Position numbers and translations under genes: made by a program. The notes under the pieces were generated by a model. It did not search any database. It saw only the letters and a program-made list of their open reading frames with translations, and was not told the origin of the DNA. A stretch of DNA of 64,000 nt from Macrostomum lignano (lineage: Eukaryota): contig NIVC01002618.1 in assembly GCA_002269645.1 (NCBI GenBank), forward strand, positions 1 through 64,000. Reading direction: 5' to 3'. Shown here in pieces: positions 43,882 to 55,322 of the stretch (positions within the stretch are counted from its first letter, which is position 1; each line of letters opens with the position of its first letter).

Positions 43882-46308
43882 ATGGGCACCGGCGACACCA
43901 GTAGTAAGAAAAGCGAGAAACGAAAGCGCCGCAGGCGTTCGCGCTCTGCATCGCCTGCTCCTCCGCCGCCAGCGCCGTCTTCTTCTTCTAGTCAGGCTCA
44001 GGCTTCCTCAAGCTCGTCCAGTCGGCGCCAGCAGAAGCAGCCGCAGCATCAGCAGGATGAGGAAGAGCAGCAGAGCAGCGGCGATGTGATCTCGTTGAGC
44101 ATCGAAGAGACGAACAAGTTGCGAGCTAAGCTCGGCCTGAAGCCTCTCGAGGTTGACTCTTCGGCCTCGGATCCGAAGGCGAAGCCGGGATCTTCGTCAA
44201 CGAATTTCCTGCACGCTCCGGCGAAGAGTTTGACCCAGGCTAAGCACTCCGCCAAAGTTCAAGAGCGAACTCTGATTGGCTGGCAGAAACGCGAGATGCG
44301 TGAGAAATTGACTCGACTCCGCGGGCTCGGTGACGACAGTGACGAGGAGGACAAAGACCTGTCCGCTGCCGCCTGGATTGAGCGCAGCAGGAATCTCGAG
44401 GCCGAGCGTCGGTTGGCTGAGCAGCGAGCCAAGGAGCTGGCCGAGCTGGACGCCGAGTTCGATGTCAGCCGGCTGGTCGAAGCTGACGTGGCTTCGTCGG
44501 CTTATTCTAGCAACGATCTGGCCGGCCTCCGGGTGGCGCACTCGGCCAAGAAGTTCAAAGAAGGCCAGACCACCGTGCTGGTGCTGCAGGATCGCGGAGT
44601 GTTGGACAGCAACGATGACGATGCGGCAGAGACGCTGATCAATGTCAACATGGTTGATGACGAGCGGCACGCTGAGAATGTCAGGAATCGAGCCCAGGTA
44701 GGCTCAGCTTGGCACGCCGCCAACGCCGGTCTGGAGGGAGAGGCTGGATTAGACGATGAAGATGATGAACTCGGAGGCGCGGCGGGGCCGTCAGTGTTGG
44801 CCAAGTACGACTCGGTGATTGCAGCGGACTCGGCCTCGAGGAAGAGGGCATTCGTGCTCGCTGGCGGTGAGACGGAGGCTCCGGCTGCAAAGTCGGCAGC
44901 GGCGCTGGCCAGAGACGCCGTGGCTGCCGCGTCGGTCTCGCTGGACGGTCCATCGGAGCTGAAGCTGGCGGCCGACTATCTGTCAGCTGCCGAGGTGGCC
45001 GAAGCCGCCAAGTTTAAACGGCGCAAGCGTAAAGTGCCGAAATCGCGCATGCTGAAAGCGGACGATTTGCTGCCCCTAGTAGACGATGAGGAGGCCAGCA
45101 AAGGTCGCCAAGAGGAGGGAGAATTAGTCGATGAAGCTCCAACAATGCCGGGCCTGACTGATGCCGAAATCATTGAGCAGACTCCCTCCGTGGCTGATGA
45201 AGCTCTCGAAGATTTGCAGCTGCTGTTGGAACGGGCTCGCCGAGTTCAACAGCAGGACGGCAGGAGGCGGCCCAGGCAGCTGCCAGTGGTGAATCGACGT
45301 GACAAACAGGACCAAGAAGAGGACAGCAGCGGCTTACCGTCGGCTTCCTCTGGCATGGTGTTTGACACCACTGCCGAGTTTTGCCGAAGTCTTGGCGACG
45401 CCTCCAAAGCTGCTACAGCTGTTGCGGTGGCCCAGGCTGAGGCCAGAGCAGCGGTGGCCGATGCCGCCGAGGCCGCATCGTTTGAAGCTTCGGCAGCAGC
45501 CGCGGATGTCGATGCTGGCGACGATGAGGACGGCTTAGAGGACGACTACAGCATTTATGGTCGGCGCAAGCAGCAGCAGGTTGGCACCTGGATGGAGGTT
45601 GATCCGGAGTCTGCGATGCGGCAACAGCAGCAGCAGCAGCAGCAGCCTTCTCGGGAGCAGTATCGAAGACGGACAGCAGCTGACGATGAAGACAGCATAG
45701 ACGTGTCGGACGCGGAGCAAGCCGGCGGCGGCGGTGCTGGCGGCATCCTCGAGGAGGAGCCGGAGCTGCGCAAAGGCGGCATTGGGGCGGCGCTGGAACT
45801 GGCCAGGCGCAAGGGCTACCTGGAGAGCTCCGGCGGGCGCCGCGACGCCGCTGCCGGCTCAAGCGGAGTGTCGGGCCTTCGGGCTAAGAAAGTGTTCCAA
45901 GAGGACCTACGACACGACGATATCGATGCTAAATTTGGTCGGCGCGATCGGCTGAGCTTCGGTGGCGGCGGCGGCGGCGGCGGAGTTCAGGAGTTCAAAG
46001 AGTTGAGAAACTACAAGCCCGACGTGAAGCTGGAGTACACTGATGATGACGGTCGAGTGTTGAACCAGAAAGATGCGTTCGACTATCTCAGCCATCGATT
46101 CCACGGCAAGGGTAGCGGCAAGAAGAAAACTGAGAAACGCTTGAAGAAGATTAAAGAAGAGGAGCTGCTGAAGTCGATGGGCAGCTCGGACACGCCGCTG
46201 GGCACGGCCGAGAAGCTGCACGCCAAGCTGGAGCGGCAGGGCACGGCCTACGTGTGCCTGAGTGGCCGGGCCGCTGCCGCCTCGCTACCGTCCGGTGTGT
46301 CGAAATGA
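43882..46308 (+). CDS. SART1: U4/U6.U5 tri-snRNP-associated protein 1 (Snu66 homologue), single exon
   Basis: HIND motif LSIEETNKLRAKLGLKPL; ETLINVNMVDDE; YKPDVKLEYTDDDGRVLNQKDAFDYLSHRFHGKGSGKKKTEKR; SSDTPLGT. Confidence 0.97.
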   Translation: MGTGDTSSKKSEKRKRRRRSRSASPAPPPPAPSSSSSQAQASSSSSSRRQQKQPQHQQDEEEQQSSGDVISLSIEETNKLRAKLGLKPLEVDSSASDPKAKPGSSSTNFLHAPAKSLTQAKHSAKVQERTLIGWQKREMREKLTRLRGLGDDSDEEDKDLSAAAWIERSRNLEAERRLAEQRAKELAELDAEFDVSRLVEADVASSAYSSNDLAGLRVAHSAKKFKEGQTTVLVLQDRGVLDSNDDDAAETLINVNMVDDERHAENVRNRAQVGSAWHAANAGLEGEAGLDDEDDELGGAAGPSVLAKYDSVIAADSASRKRAFVLAGGETEAPAAKSAAALARDAVAAASVSLDGPSELKLAADYLSAAEVAEAAKFKRRKRKVPKSRMLKADDLLPLVDDEEASKGRQEEGELVDEAPTMPGLTDAEIIEQTPSVADEALEDLQLLLERARRVQQQDGRRRPRQLPVVNRRDKQDQEEDSSGLPSASSGMVFDTTAEFCRSLGDASKAATAVAVAQAEARAAVADAAEAASFEASAAAADVDAGDDEDGLEDDYSIYGRRKQQQVGTWMEVDPESAMRQQQQQQQQPSREQYRRRTAADDEDSIDVSDAEQAGGGGAGGILEEEPELRKGGIGAALELARRKGYLESSGGRRDAAAGSSGVSGLRAKKVFQEDLRHDDIDAKFGRRDRLSFGGGGGGGGVQEFKELRNYKPDVKLEYTDDDGRVLNQKDAFDYLSHRFHGKGSGKKKTEKRLKKIKEEELLKSMGSSDTPLGTAEKLHAKLERQGTAYVCLSGRAAAASLPSGVSK

Positions 46309-46507
46309 CGGCATTAACAAACTGGCCAATCTAATCTGGTAAACTATTGAACAGTTGCTGCTGTAACTTGTACTGAGACGCTTTGTTAGACTTGACGGGT
46401 CAAAATGACATTAATGATGAAACTGCCCTCGATGCTTTTTTTTTCTCCAGCCGAACGATGCATTCTTTGAACTTTCAACATAGATTCGTTAGTTTTTTGC
46501 TTGGTTT

Positions 46508-46532
46508 CTTTAGTTAGTTAGCTAGTTAGTTG

Positions 46533-46611
<79 letters not shown>

Positions 46612-46664
46612 GGTTAGTTAGTTAGTTAGTTAGTTAGTTCGTTAGTTAGTTCGTTAGTTAGTTG

Positions 46665-46719
<55 letters not shown>

Positions 46720-46726
46720 CGTTAGC

Positions 46727-46767
<41 letters not shown>

Positions 46768-46795
46768 CGTTAGTTCGTTCGTTAGCTAGTTAGTC

Positions 46796-46842
<47 letters not shown>

Positions 46843-46843
46843 C

Positions 46844-46903
<60 letters not shown>

Positions 46904-46934
46904 CGTTCGTTAGCTAGTTAGTTAGTTAGTTAGC

Positions 46935-46983
<49 letters not shown>

Positions 46984-47012
46984 CGTTCGTTAGTTAGTTA
47001 GTTAGTTAGTTG

Positions 47013-47051
<39 letters not shown>

Positions 47052-47052
47052 G

Positions 47053-47097
<45 letters not shown>

Positions 47098-47121
47098 CTA
47101 GTTAGTTAGTTAGTTAGTTAC

Positions 47122-47190
<69 letters not shown>

Positions 47191-47296
47191 CAGCTAGTTA
47201 GTTAGTTAGTTAGTTAGTTAGCTAGTTAGTTAGTTAGTTAGTTAGTTCGTTCGTTAGTTAGTTAGTTAGTTAGTTAGTTAGCTAGTTAGTTAGTTG

Positions 47297-47329
<33 letters not shown>

Positions 47330-47346
47330 CTAGTTAGTTAGTCAGC

Positions 47347-47387
<41 letters not shown>

Positions 47388-47392
47388 CGTTC

Positions 47393-47435
<43 letters not shown>

Positions 47436-47436
47436 G

Positions 47437-47473
<37 letters not shown>

Positions 47474-47474
47474 C

Positions 47475-47505
<31 letters not shown>

Positions 47506-47519
47506 CTAGTTAGTTAGTC

Positions 47520-47550
<31 letters not shown>
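46508..47550. repeat. (GTTA)n microsatellite
   Basis: Directly visible. Confidence 0.98.
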
Positions 47551-47552
<2 letters not shown>

Positions 47553-48218
47553 TTTTAAAATTGAAAAAAAACGTTTGACAGTTGAATTGAGTGTTGAACT
47601 CGATGTGGTGAGGTTTGTCTGTTCGGTTGATGCAGATAATTGCGTGTCCTTGGCGCTAATAAGATTTTCAATAAAAAACTCTAAAGTTTATGTTGTACTT
47701 GAAAAAAACGCTGGGACCCGCGCGTCTTACTTATTCCGCAAACACAGTAAACTATAAGTACGTAAAAATGATTACGCAATTTTCTCGCACTGGCATCCCA
47801 AACCCCAATGTCTGTCAATTTCAGAAACGAGAAGTACCAATCTGCAGTCGACTTTCGACATTCGATTCGAAATTCGACTTCGATGTTTATATTGAAGCTG
47901 TCCTTGTCTCGCGTTTTAAACAGAAAAAGGATATTTCTTTTCCTTTGTCCTGTCTTTTTTAAATTACTGTAGTTAAAATAGCGTTACGCACTGTAACAGT
48001 TAGCTGTACATATCCGGCATGGCTAGCATGGTTTATTATTTAGCTACAAAATTCGCTTAAATATACTTTTGCGCGCATGAAGTGGCGTCCTTTTGAAAAA
48101 ATCACCTAATTGTGTTAATAATTGATTAATTATTATTTAGCTAAATACATATATATAGTATTATACATGCCACAGATACTAGAATAACGATGGGCCACGC
48201 AGCACATTTGCGTGTAAG

Positions 48219-48570
48219 CTACTTTCAGTTCAGTAGTAGGTTAAACTGCAGCATTTAGATGAACGAGTTATTTTTAAAGCCGAGGCTCATTTATTGGTTC
48301 TTATCACCCAGCTTAAACTCTCCAACTGCGCCTTTCCACTCTACCCCCCCCCTCCCGCCCGCCCCAATTTTTATTGACTTCTCGGAATTCCAACCTAAAG
48401 CTGCCATGTACATTTCAGTGGACTGGCTAATGTACATTATTGCTGAACTAATTAGCAAGTTGTTTACGTCTGCAAGCTTGTGGGCTTCTAAACTTATCAA
48501 AGTCATTTCAGCTGCCTTTATTTCTATAAAATAGCTTATGTATTCTTCCTTGCTACTGAACTGAAAGTAG
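48219..48570. mobile_element. ~350-bp MITE-like element
   Basis: Perfect 18-bp inverted repeats CTACTTTCAGTTCAGTAG / CTACTGAACTGAAAGTAG; no clear TSD. Confidence 0.6.
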
Positions 48571-48901
48571 AAAGCTGTTTTGCTAAGTATATGCCTGAGT
48601 GGACAATCCAGTTATTCTAGTATCTATCGTATACACTAAAGCTTAGCGGAGTCCAGTCCCACAATTCGTTGAAAAATTGATTCATATTTAAAAAATACTC
48701 TACTATTAGTACAGAAAACAGTAAATTATCCTTAAAAATAGATTTAAGTAAAAAAGAGCTGAAGCCAGTTATAGCTCCGCTTGAGATTTTGCCTACTGAC
48801 AAGTAGAAAGTGTGGAGCATGGCGCGAAAAACTTGCATATTTAAGTAGCAGTATAAAATAGATCAGTACGCAGAAACCCGTCACAACAAACATTATTTCA
48901 G

Positions 48902-51873
48902 GCCTACATATCAGTAGACGTTGGCACGTCCAGCGTTCGGGTGGGCATCTTCTCGGACGCCGGCGATTTGCTTGGCTACGCCACCGAGCCTGTGGAAATC
49001 TACCGGCCCGCTCCCATGATGTTTGAGCAGAGCTCAGATGGTGTCTGGGCTGCCGTGTGCGCCTGTGTGCGCAGCGTGCTGGCCAAGACTGGGCAGAAGC
49101 CCGCCGAGGTAAGCGACTGCAGCTTCACGCCTTGAGTCATCTGGGTGAGGATTGGCAGACTTCTCACCACCCTGAACACTCGGGCACTTTCCCACCTCCC
49201 TGAACATTTAGGCGCTTTCCCACCTCCCTGAACATTCAGGCGCTTTCCCACCTCCCTGAACATTCAGGCGCTTTCCCACCTCCCTGAACATTTAGGCGCT
49301 TTCCCACCTCCCTGAACATTCAGGCGCTTTCCTACCTCCCTGAACATTCAGGCGCTTTCCTACCTCCCTGAACATTCAGGCGCTTTCCTACCTCCCTGAA
49401 CATTCAGGCCCTTTCCAACCTCCCTGAACATTCAGGCCCTTTCTAACCTTCCTAAACATTCAGCCCCTTTCCCACTCTGAACATTCAGGCGTCTTCGTCT
49501 GATACCTCCCTGAACATTCAGGCCCTTTCCAACCTCTCTGAACATTCAGGCCCTCTTCTACCTCCCGGAACATTCAGGCCCTCTTCCACCTCCCTGAAAA
49601 TTCAGGCCCTTTCCAACCTCTCTGAACATTCAGGCCCTTTCCAACCTCCCTGAACATTCAGGCCCTCTTCCACCTCCCTGAACATTTAGGCCCTCTTCCA
49701 CCTCCCTGAATATTTAGGCCCTCTTCCACCTCCCTGAAAATTCAGGCCCTTTCCAACCTCCCTGAACATTCAGGCCCTTTCCAACCTCCCTGAACATTCA
49801 GGCCCTCTTCCACCTCCCTCAACATTCAGGCCCTTTCCCACTTCCCTGAAGTTTACTGTCCCCTATAGGCTCCGCCAACCCTCCCCCGCAGGTCAAGGCC
49901 ATCGGTTTCGCGGCCACCTGTTCCCTAGTAGTCCTTGACGACAATCGCCAGCCTCTGTCAACCTGCGGCTCCCACTCGCATCACAACATCATCATGTGGC
50001 TGGACCATCGGGCCACAGAGGAAGCCAGGTTCATCAACAAGACTGGCCACCGGCTGCTGCAACACGTTGGCGGTTTCCTGTCGCCCGAGATGCAGCCGCC
50101 AAAGCTGCTCTGGTTGAAGAAGAATCGCGGCACTGATTGGCTCAAATCCGCCGGCTACGTGCTGGACCTGTGCGACTTTCTGACCCTGAGGGCCACCGAT
50201 TGCGACAGCAGATCCCGCTGCTCAGTGGTCTGCAAATGGCTGTACGACTCTGAGAGGGATTCTTGGACGAATCGTTTTGGAAGACTATTGGATTGTCTGT
50301 GAGTTTTCTGCACTACTTATATCTCAGATATACTACTTATATTTAGTATACTAGTAGCAGCTGCCGGCCAGTGCAGTTTAGCAGCAATCTCAAATGTCGA
50401 GAAAAGTGCTCCATCTCGATGCTAGGGGGTCAGTGCCCGCATTTCGATGCTTGGGGGTCAGTGACCCCATCTCGATGCTAGGGGGTCAATGCCCTCATCT
50501 CGGTACTAGGGGGGTCCGTGCCCCCACCTCGATGCTAGGGCGGGTCAGTGCCCCATCTCGATGCTAGGGGGGTCAGTGCCCCATCTCGATGCTAGGGCGG
50601 GTCAGTGCCCCATCTCGATGCTAGGGCGGGTCAGTGCCCCCATTTCGATGCTAGGGGGGTCAGTGCCCCATCTCGATGCTAGGGCGGGTCAGTGCCCCCA
50701 TTTCGATGCTAGGGGGGTCAGTGCCCCATCTCGATGCTAGGGGGTCAGTGCCCCATATCTATGCTAGAGGGTCAGTGCCCCCATCTCGATGCTAGGGGGT
50801 CAGTGCCCCCATCTCGATGTTAGGGGGTCAATGCCCCATCTCGATGCTAGGGGGTCAGTGCCCCCATTTCGATGTTAGGGGGTCAATGCCCCATCTCGAT
50901 GTTAGGGGGTCAATGCCCCCATCTCGATGCTTGGGGTTAGTGCCCCCATCTCGATGTTTGGGGTCAGTGCCCCAATCTCGATGCTTGAGGGTCAATGCCC
51001 CCATCTCGTTGCGGGGTCAATGCCCCATCTCGATGCTAGGGGGTCAGTGCCCCTATCTCAAGCCTAGGGGAGGGGGTCAGTGCCCCCATTTCAATGCTAG
51101 GGGTCAGTGCCCCCATCTCGTACGTACAATGGTACGCGATCGCAGTCATAAAAATGATATGAGAATAATTGCTGCATTATTGCTATCAGGTGCTCCTAGA
51201 AGATGGGCATCGCCGAATTGGCAGCAAAATCTTGGAGATCGGCGATGCAGTCGGCACCGGACTGACTCAGCGGGCGGCCGCCGAGCTTGGCGGCCTCAGC
51301 CCCGGCACCGTGGTCTCCACGGGAATCTTGGACGCGCACGCCGGCGGTCTGGGCTCGATTCTGTGCAAGGCGCCCGGCCTGGACGACCTTCCAATACACC
51401 GCCGGATGGCCCTCATTGCCGGCACGTCGTCCTGCCATCTGGCTTTGAGCCGCAAGAAGGAACTTGTGCCCGGCGCCTGGGGACCCTACCTGTCCGTGAT
51501 GGTGCCGGCCCTGTGGCTGACTGAGAGCGGCCAGAGCGCCTCGGGGCTGCTGCTGGACTACGTTCTCAGGCGGATGGGCACTCTTGATGAGAAGTCCGTG
51601 AGCTACTCGGCTTTGGATGACGTCATCAAGTGCCTGGCCGGGATGGCTAAGGAGAAAGGCCTGTCCGAGATTGACAGATTGACAGCCGAGGTTCATGTCT
51701 GGCCGGATCTCCATGGCAACCGGTCGCCGTTGGCCGATCCGGACTTGTCCGGCATGCTGCTCGGCTGGCGGATGTACGACTCGGACGACGAGTGGGCTGT
51801 GCTGTACCTGGCCACCGTGCAGGCCCTGGCCTACGGCACCCGGCACATTGTGGAGAACCTCAGGTGGGGGCGG

Positions 51874-51917
<44 letters not shown>

Positions 51918-51919
51918 CT

Positions 51920-51961
<42 letters not shown>

Positions 51962-51963
51962 CT

Positions 51964-52017
<54 letters not shown>

Positions 52018-52019
52018 CT

Positions 52020-52081
<62 letters not shown>

Positions 52082-52083
52082 CT

Positions 52084-52117
<34 letters not shown>

Positions 52118-52139
52118 CTTTTGTCTGTCTGTCTGTCCT

Positions 52140-52190
<51 letters not shown>

Positions 52191-52199
52191 GGCTGTCTG

Positions 52200-52237
<38 letters not shown>

Positions 52238-52239
52238 CT

Positions 52240-52277
<38 letters not shown>

Positions 52278-52353
52278 CTTCTGTCTGTCTGTCTGTCTGT
52301 CCTTCTGTCTGTCTGTCCTTCTGTCTGTCTGTCTGTCTGTCTGTCTGTCCGTG

Positions 52354-52425
<72 letters not shown>

Positions 52426-52427
52426 CT

Positions 52428-52465
<38 letters not shown>

Positions 52466-52467
52466 CT

Positions 52468-52505
<38 letters not shown>

Positions 52506-52541
52506 CTTCTGTCTGTCTGTCTGTCTGTCTGTCTGTCCGTG

Positions 52542-52625
<84 letters not shown>

Positions 52626-52639
52626 CTTCTGTCTGTCCT

Positions 52640-52681
<42 letters not shown>

Positions 52682-52683
52682 CT

Positions 52684-52741
<58 letters not shown>

Positions 52742-52743
52742 CT

Positions 52744-52789
<46 letters not shown>

Positions 52790-52791
52790 CT

Positions 52792-52837
<46 letters not shown>

Positions 52838-52839
52838 CT

Positions 52840-52885
<46 letters not shown>

Positions 52886-52887
52886 CT

Positions 52888-52925
<38 letters not shown>

Positions 52926-52961
52926 CTTCTGTCTGTCTGTCTGTCTGTCTGTCTTTCCGTG

Positions 52962-53037
<76 letters not shown>

Positions 53038-53051
53038 CTTCTGTCTGTCCT

Positions 53052-53093
<42 letters not shown>

Positions 53094-53095
53094 CT

Positions 53096-53141
<46 letters not shown>

Positions 53142-53143
53142 CT

Positions 53144-53189
<46 letters not shown>

Positions 53190-53191
53190 CT

Positions 53192-53237
<46 letters not shown>

Positions 53238-53239
53238 CT

Positions 53240-53293
<54 letters not shown>

Positions 53294-53295
53294 CT

Positions 53296-53336
<41 letters not shown>

Positions 53337-53972
53337 TTTCTTTGTTTTCAGTGAAGCTGTTTTACTTGTTTAGTAGTTTTTCGGATCCATGCGTAGTATC
53401 ATTGAATTATACATTAGCAGATTGCACTATCAGCTGAATTGTCAACTATTGCCTCTCACCCCACCCATCTGCACCGCAGGCAGCACCGCATAGACGCCAT
53501 CTACCTGGCTGGCGGACTTCGGCGCAATCGACTGTACGTGCAGGCCCACGCCGATGTGCTTAACGTGCCGGTTGTCCTGCCCGCCTGCGACGAGTCGATT
53601 CTGCAGGGCGTGGCCGTCAGCTCGGCCACCGCTGCGGGACAGTTCAGCACCGTCAGCCAGGTCAGCGATGAGCACTTTAATTTGCTAATTTGATGTGTTG
53701 GTTCACACTTTGTGAAAGTTGGGTCTTGTGTGCATGGAAATTGGCCCAGGGGGTTGAATTAAACTACGTATTTAATCTACCTGATTAATCTACCTAAATC
53801 TCGCTCTCCCCGGCAGGCAATGGACGCACTCTGCGGTCAGGGCGAAGTGGTCATGCCGAATCCGGCCGTTCGCGAGTATCACGATCGAAAGTACAACGTG
53901 TTCATGGAGCTGATGCAGTGCCAGCACAATGTCCGCCGCATCATGACGGCGAGGAAGTCGGCGAACAATTAA
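48902..53972 (+). CDS. FGGY: FGGY carbohydrate kinase domain-containing protein (D-ribulokinase-like)
   Basis: Exons 48902-49108, 49892-50298 (1 nt short, frameshift near 50266), 51190-51863, 53480-53660, 53817-53972. Motifs VDVGTSSVR, ATCSLVVLD, IIMWLDHRATEEA, SPEMQPPKLLWLK, DAHAGGLG, GTSSCH, VPGAWGPY, ESGQSASG, PDLHGNRSPLAD. Confidence 0.95.
49190..49850. repeat. ~28-bp minisatellite, FGGY intron 1
   Basis: GGCGCTTTCCCACCTCCCTGAACATTCA and variants. Confidence 0.92.
50410..51120. repeat. ~28-30-bp minisatellite, FGGY intron 2
   Basis: CCCCATCTCGATGCTAGGGGGTCAGTG and variants. Confidence 0.92.
51873..53335. repeat. (TCTG)n microsatellite with CCTT interruptions, FGGY intron 3
   Basis: Directly visible; accounts for the SVCL-repeat ORF extensions. 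Confidence 0.98.
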
Positions 53973-55322
53973 ATGGGTAGAGAAGAATTCCTGGGAATTC
54001 AATATTAATTGTCACTATGTCTATACTACTATCAGATAGTCACTTTGAGTAGTATAAATCGACGCCTATTGTTAGAAAGAAATTGCAAGTGAGCGATCAG
54101 ATTTTTTGTTTAAATTCAAAACTTCCCAGCGCAAGCTTGTGGCCGCTGTTTCCATTATAGATCGGCTTTGCTCTTAGATCTTTGCTGGTTGTTATCGACC
54201 AAATCGATTTAACATAATTTATATTAAATGCTTTGCGTTTTAGAGTGCAATTTCATCACCCGAATCTATTTTTGATTGCGTAACCTGTATACAGCATTGT
54301 AAAATTTTATTTTATCTGAACCCTTAATTGCTTCTTTGAATAAAATTACCTATGTATTTTGTTTAAATGCGTTAATAAAATGATAGAACTACCAATAATA
54401 AGCCGGTTGTCTTTGTGGAGATTATAACCAGGTTATAACTACAGTACAATACAGGAAACAACATGCCAGTCAGTGAAATGACAAATTTAGCTAATTTAAT
54501 TTTAGAAAATTATTACACTAGGTCTTTCTATCCTGTTCGATTTTCTCTTTTTTTAAAACAGAAATATGTATGTAGAAAAAACAAAAAACATTTAATAGAA
54601 TCGCCCTAAAAACAATTAATATATAAAATCTAACGAGCCAAAAATAACTTGAGGAAACACATCGTTTGCATTTGCTTGAATAACTTCTTTTAAATACCGG
54701 GAAACATCCGCAGAATTATTTGCGGGCGGCTGAAGACCTTAGAGAGGGGGGCAGTCACTAAGTCACTACTTTCTTAGTCGACTAAGAAAGTAAGAATTTT
54801 TGGCAGATTTTACTGTGGCTGAACTACTATAAGCATAATTAAAATGCTAATTCACTTTAAGGACGACCTAGTCATTTACACGCACTTGCATTAAAACTAT
54901 TACAACAAGCACCATTGATCTACCTGGAGTCGTGCTTATGTAAATGCGCGAGAATCTACAACTCTTAATTCCCCTATTGTCGATTTCACAAAATTATAAA
55001 CTCCTAAAATTATTTTAGAAGCGCTTAAATAGTATCAGTAGTATTGCATATCTCCCGTTTTTTAATTAATTTTATGTATTTGGTATAGGAATGCTTTGGA
55101 CTTAACATGAAGAGTTCTAGTTATCGATGAACGGACGGCACGTTACAGTACTATTGTACAGCATGCGTGTATACACAGAGTGTAGTTTTCGTTTTGAAAA
55201 TATTACGTTATGCATTTTTCTCGTAGTTTAAAGGATAGTAAAAATTTTTATTACTTTACAGCTCGTATAGAGTTTTAGTTATATTGCGGTGGAATATTTG
55301 CAATTTAAAAAATCGTAATTAG

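Noticed and set aside
43882-46308. SART1 as a retrocopy because it has no introns
   Set aside because: The ORF is intact with no poly(A) remnant or TSD; intron loss cannot be told apart from retroposition in this window.
48406-48423. ATG-MYISVD mimicking the FGGY N-terminus (AYISVD)
   Set aside because: It lies inside the inverted-repeat element at 48219-48570, diverges straight after six residues and has no donor that joins FGGY.
51864-53437. SVCL-repeat extension of the 734-aa ORF
   Set aside because: It lies beyond the FGGY donor at 51864 and is (TCTG)n; the gene resumes in phase at 53480.
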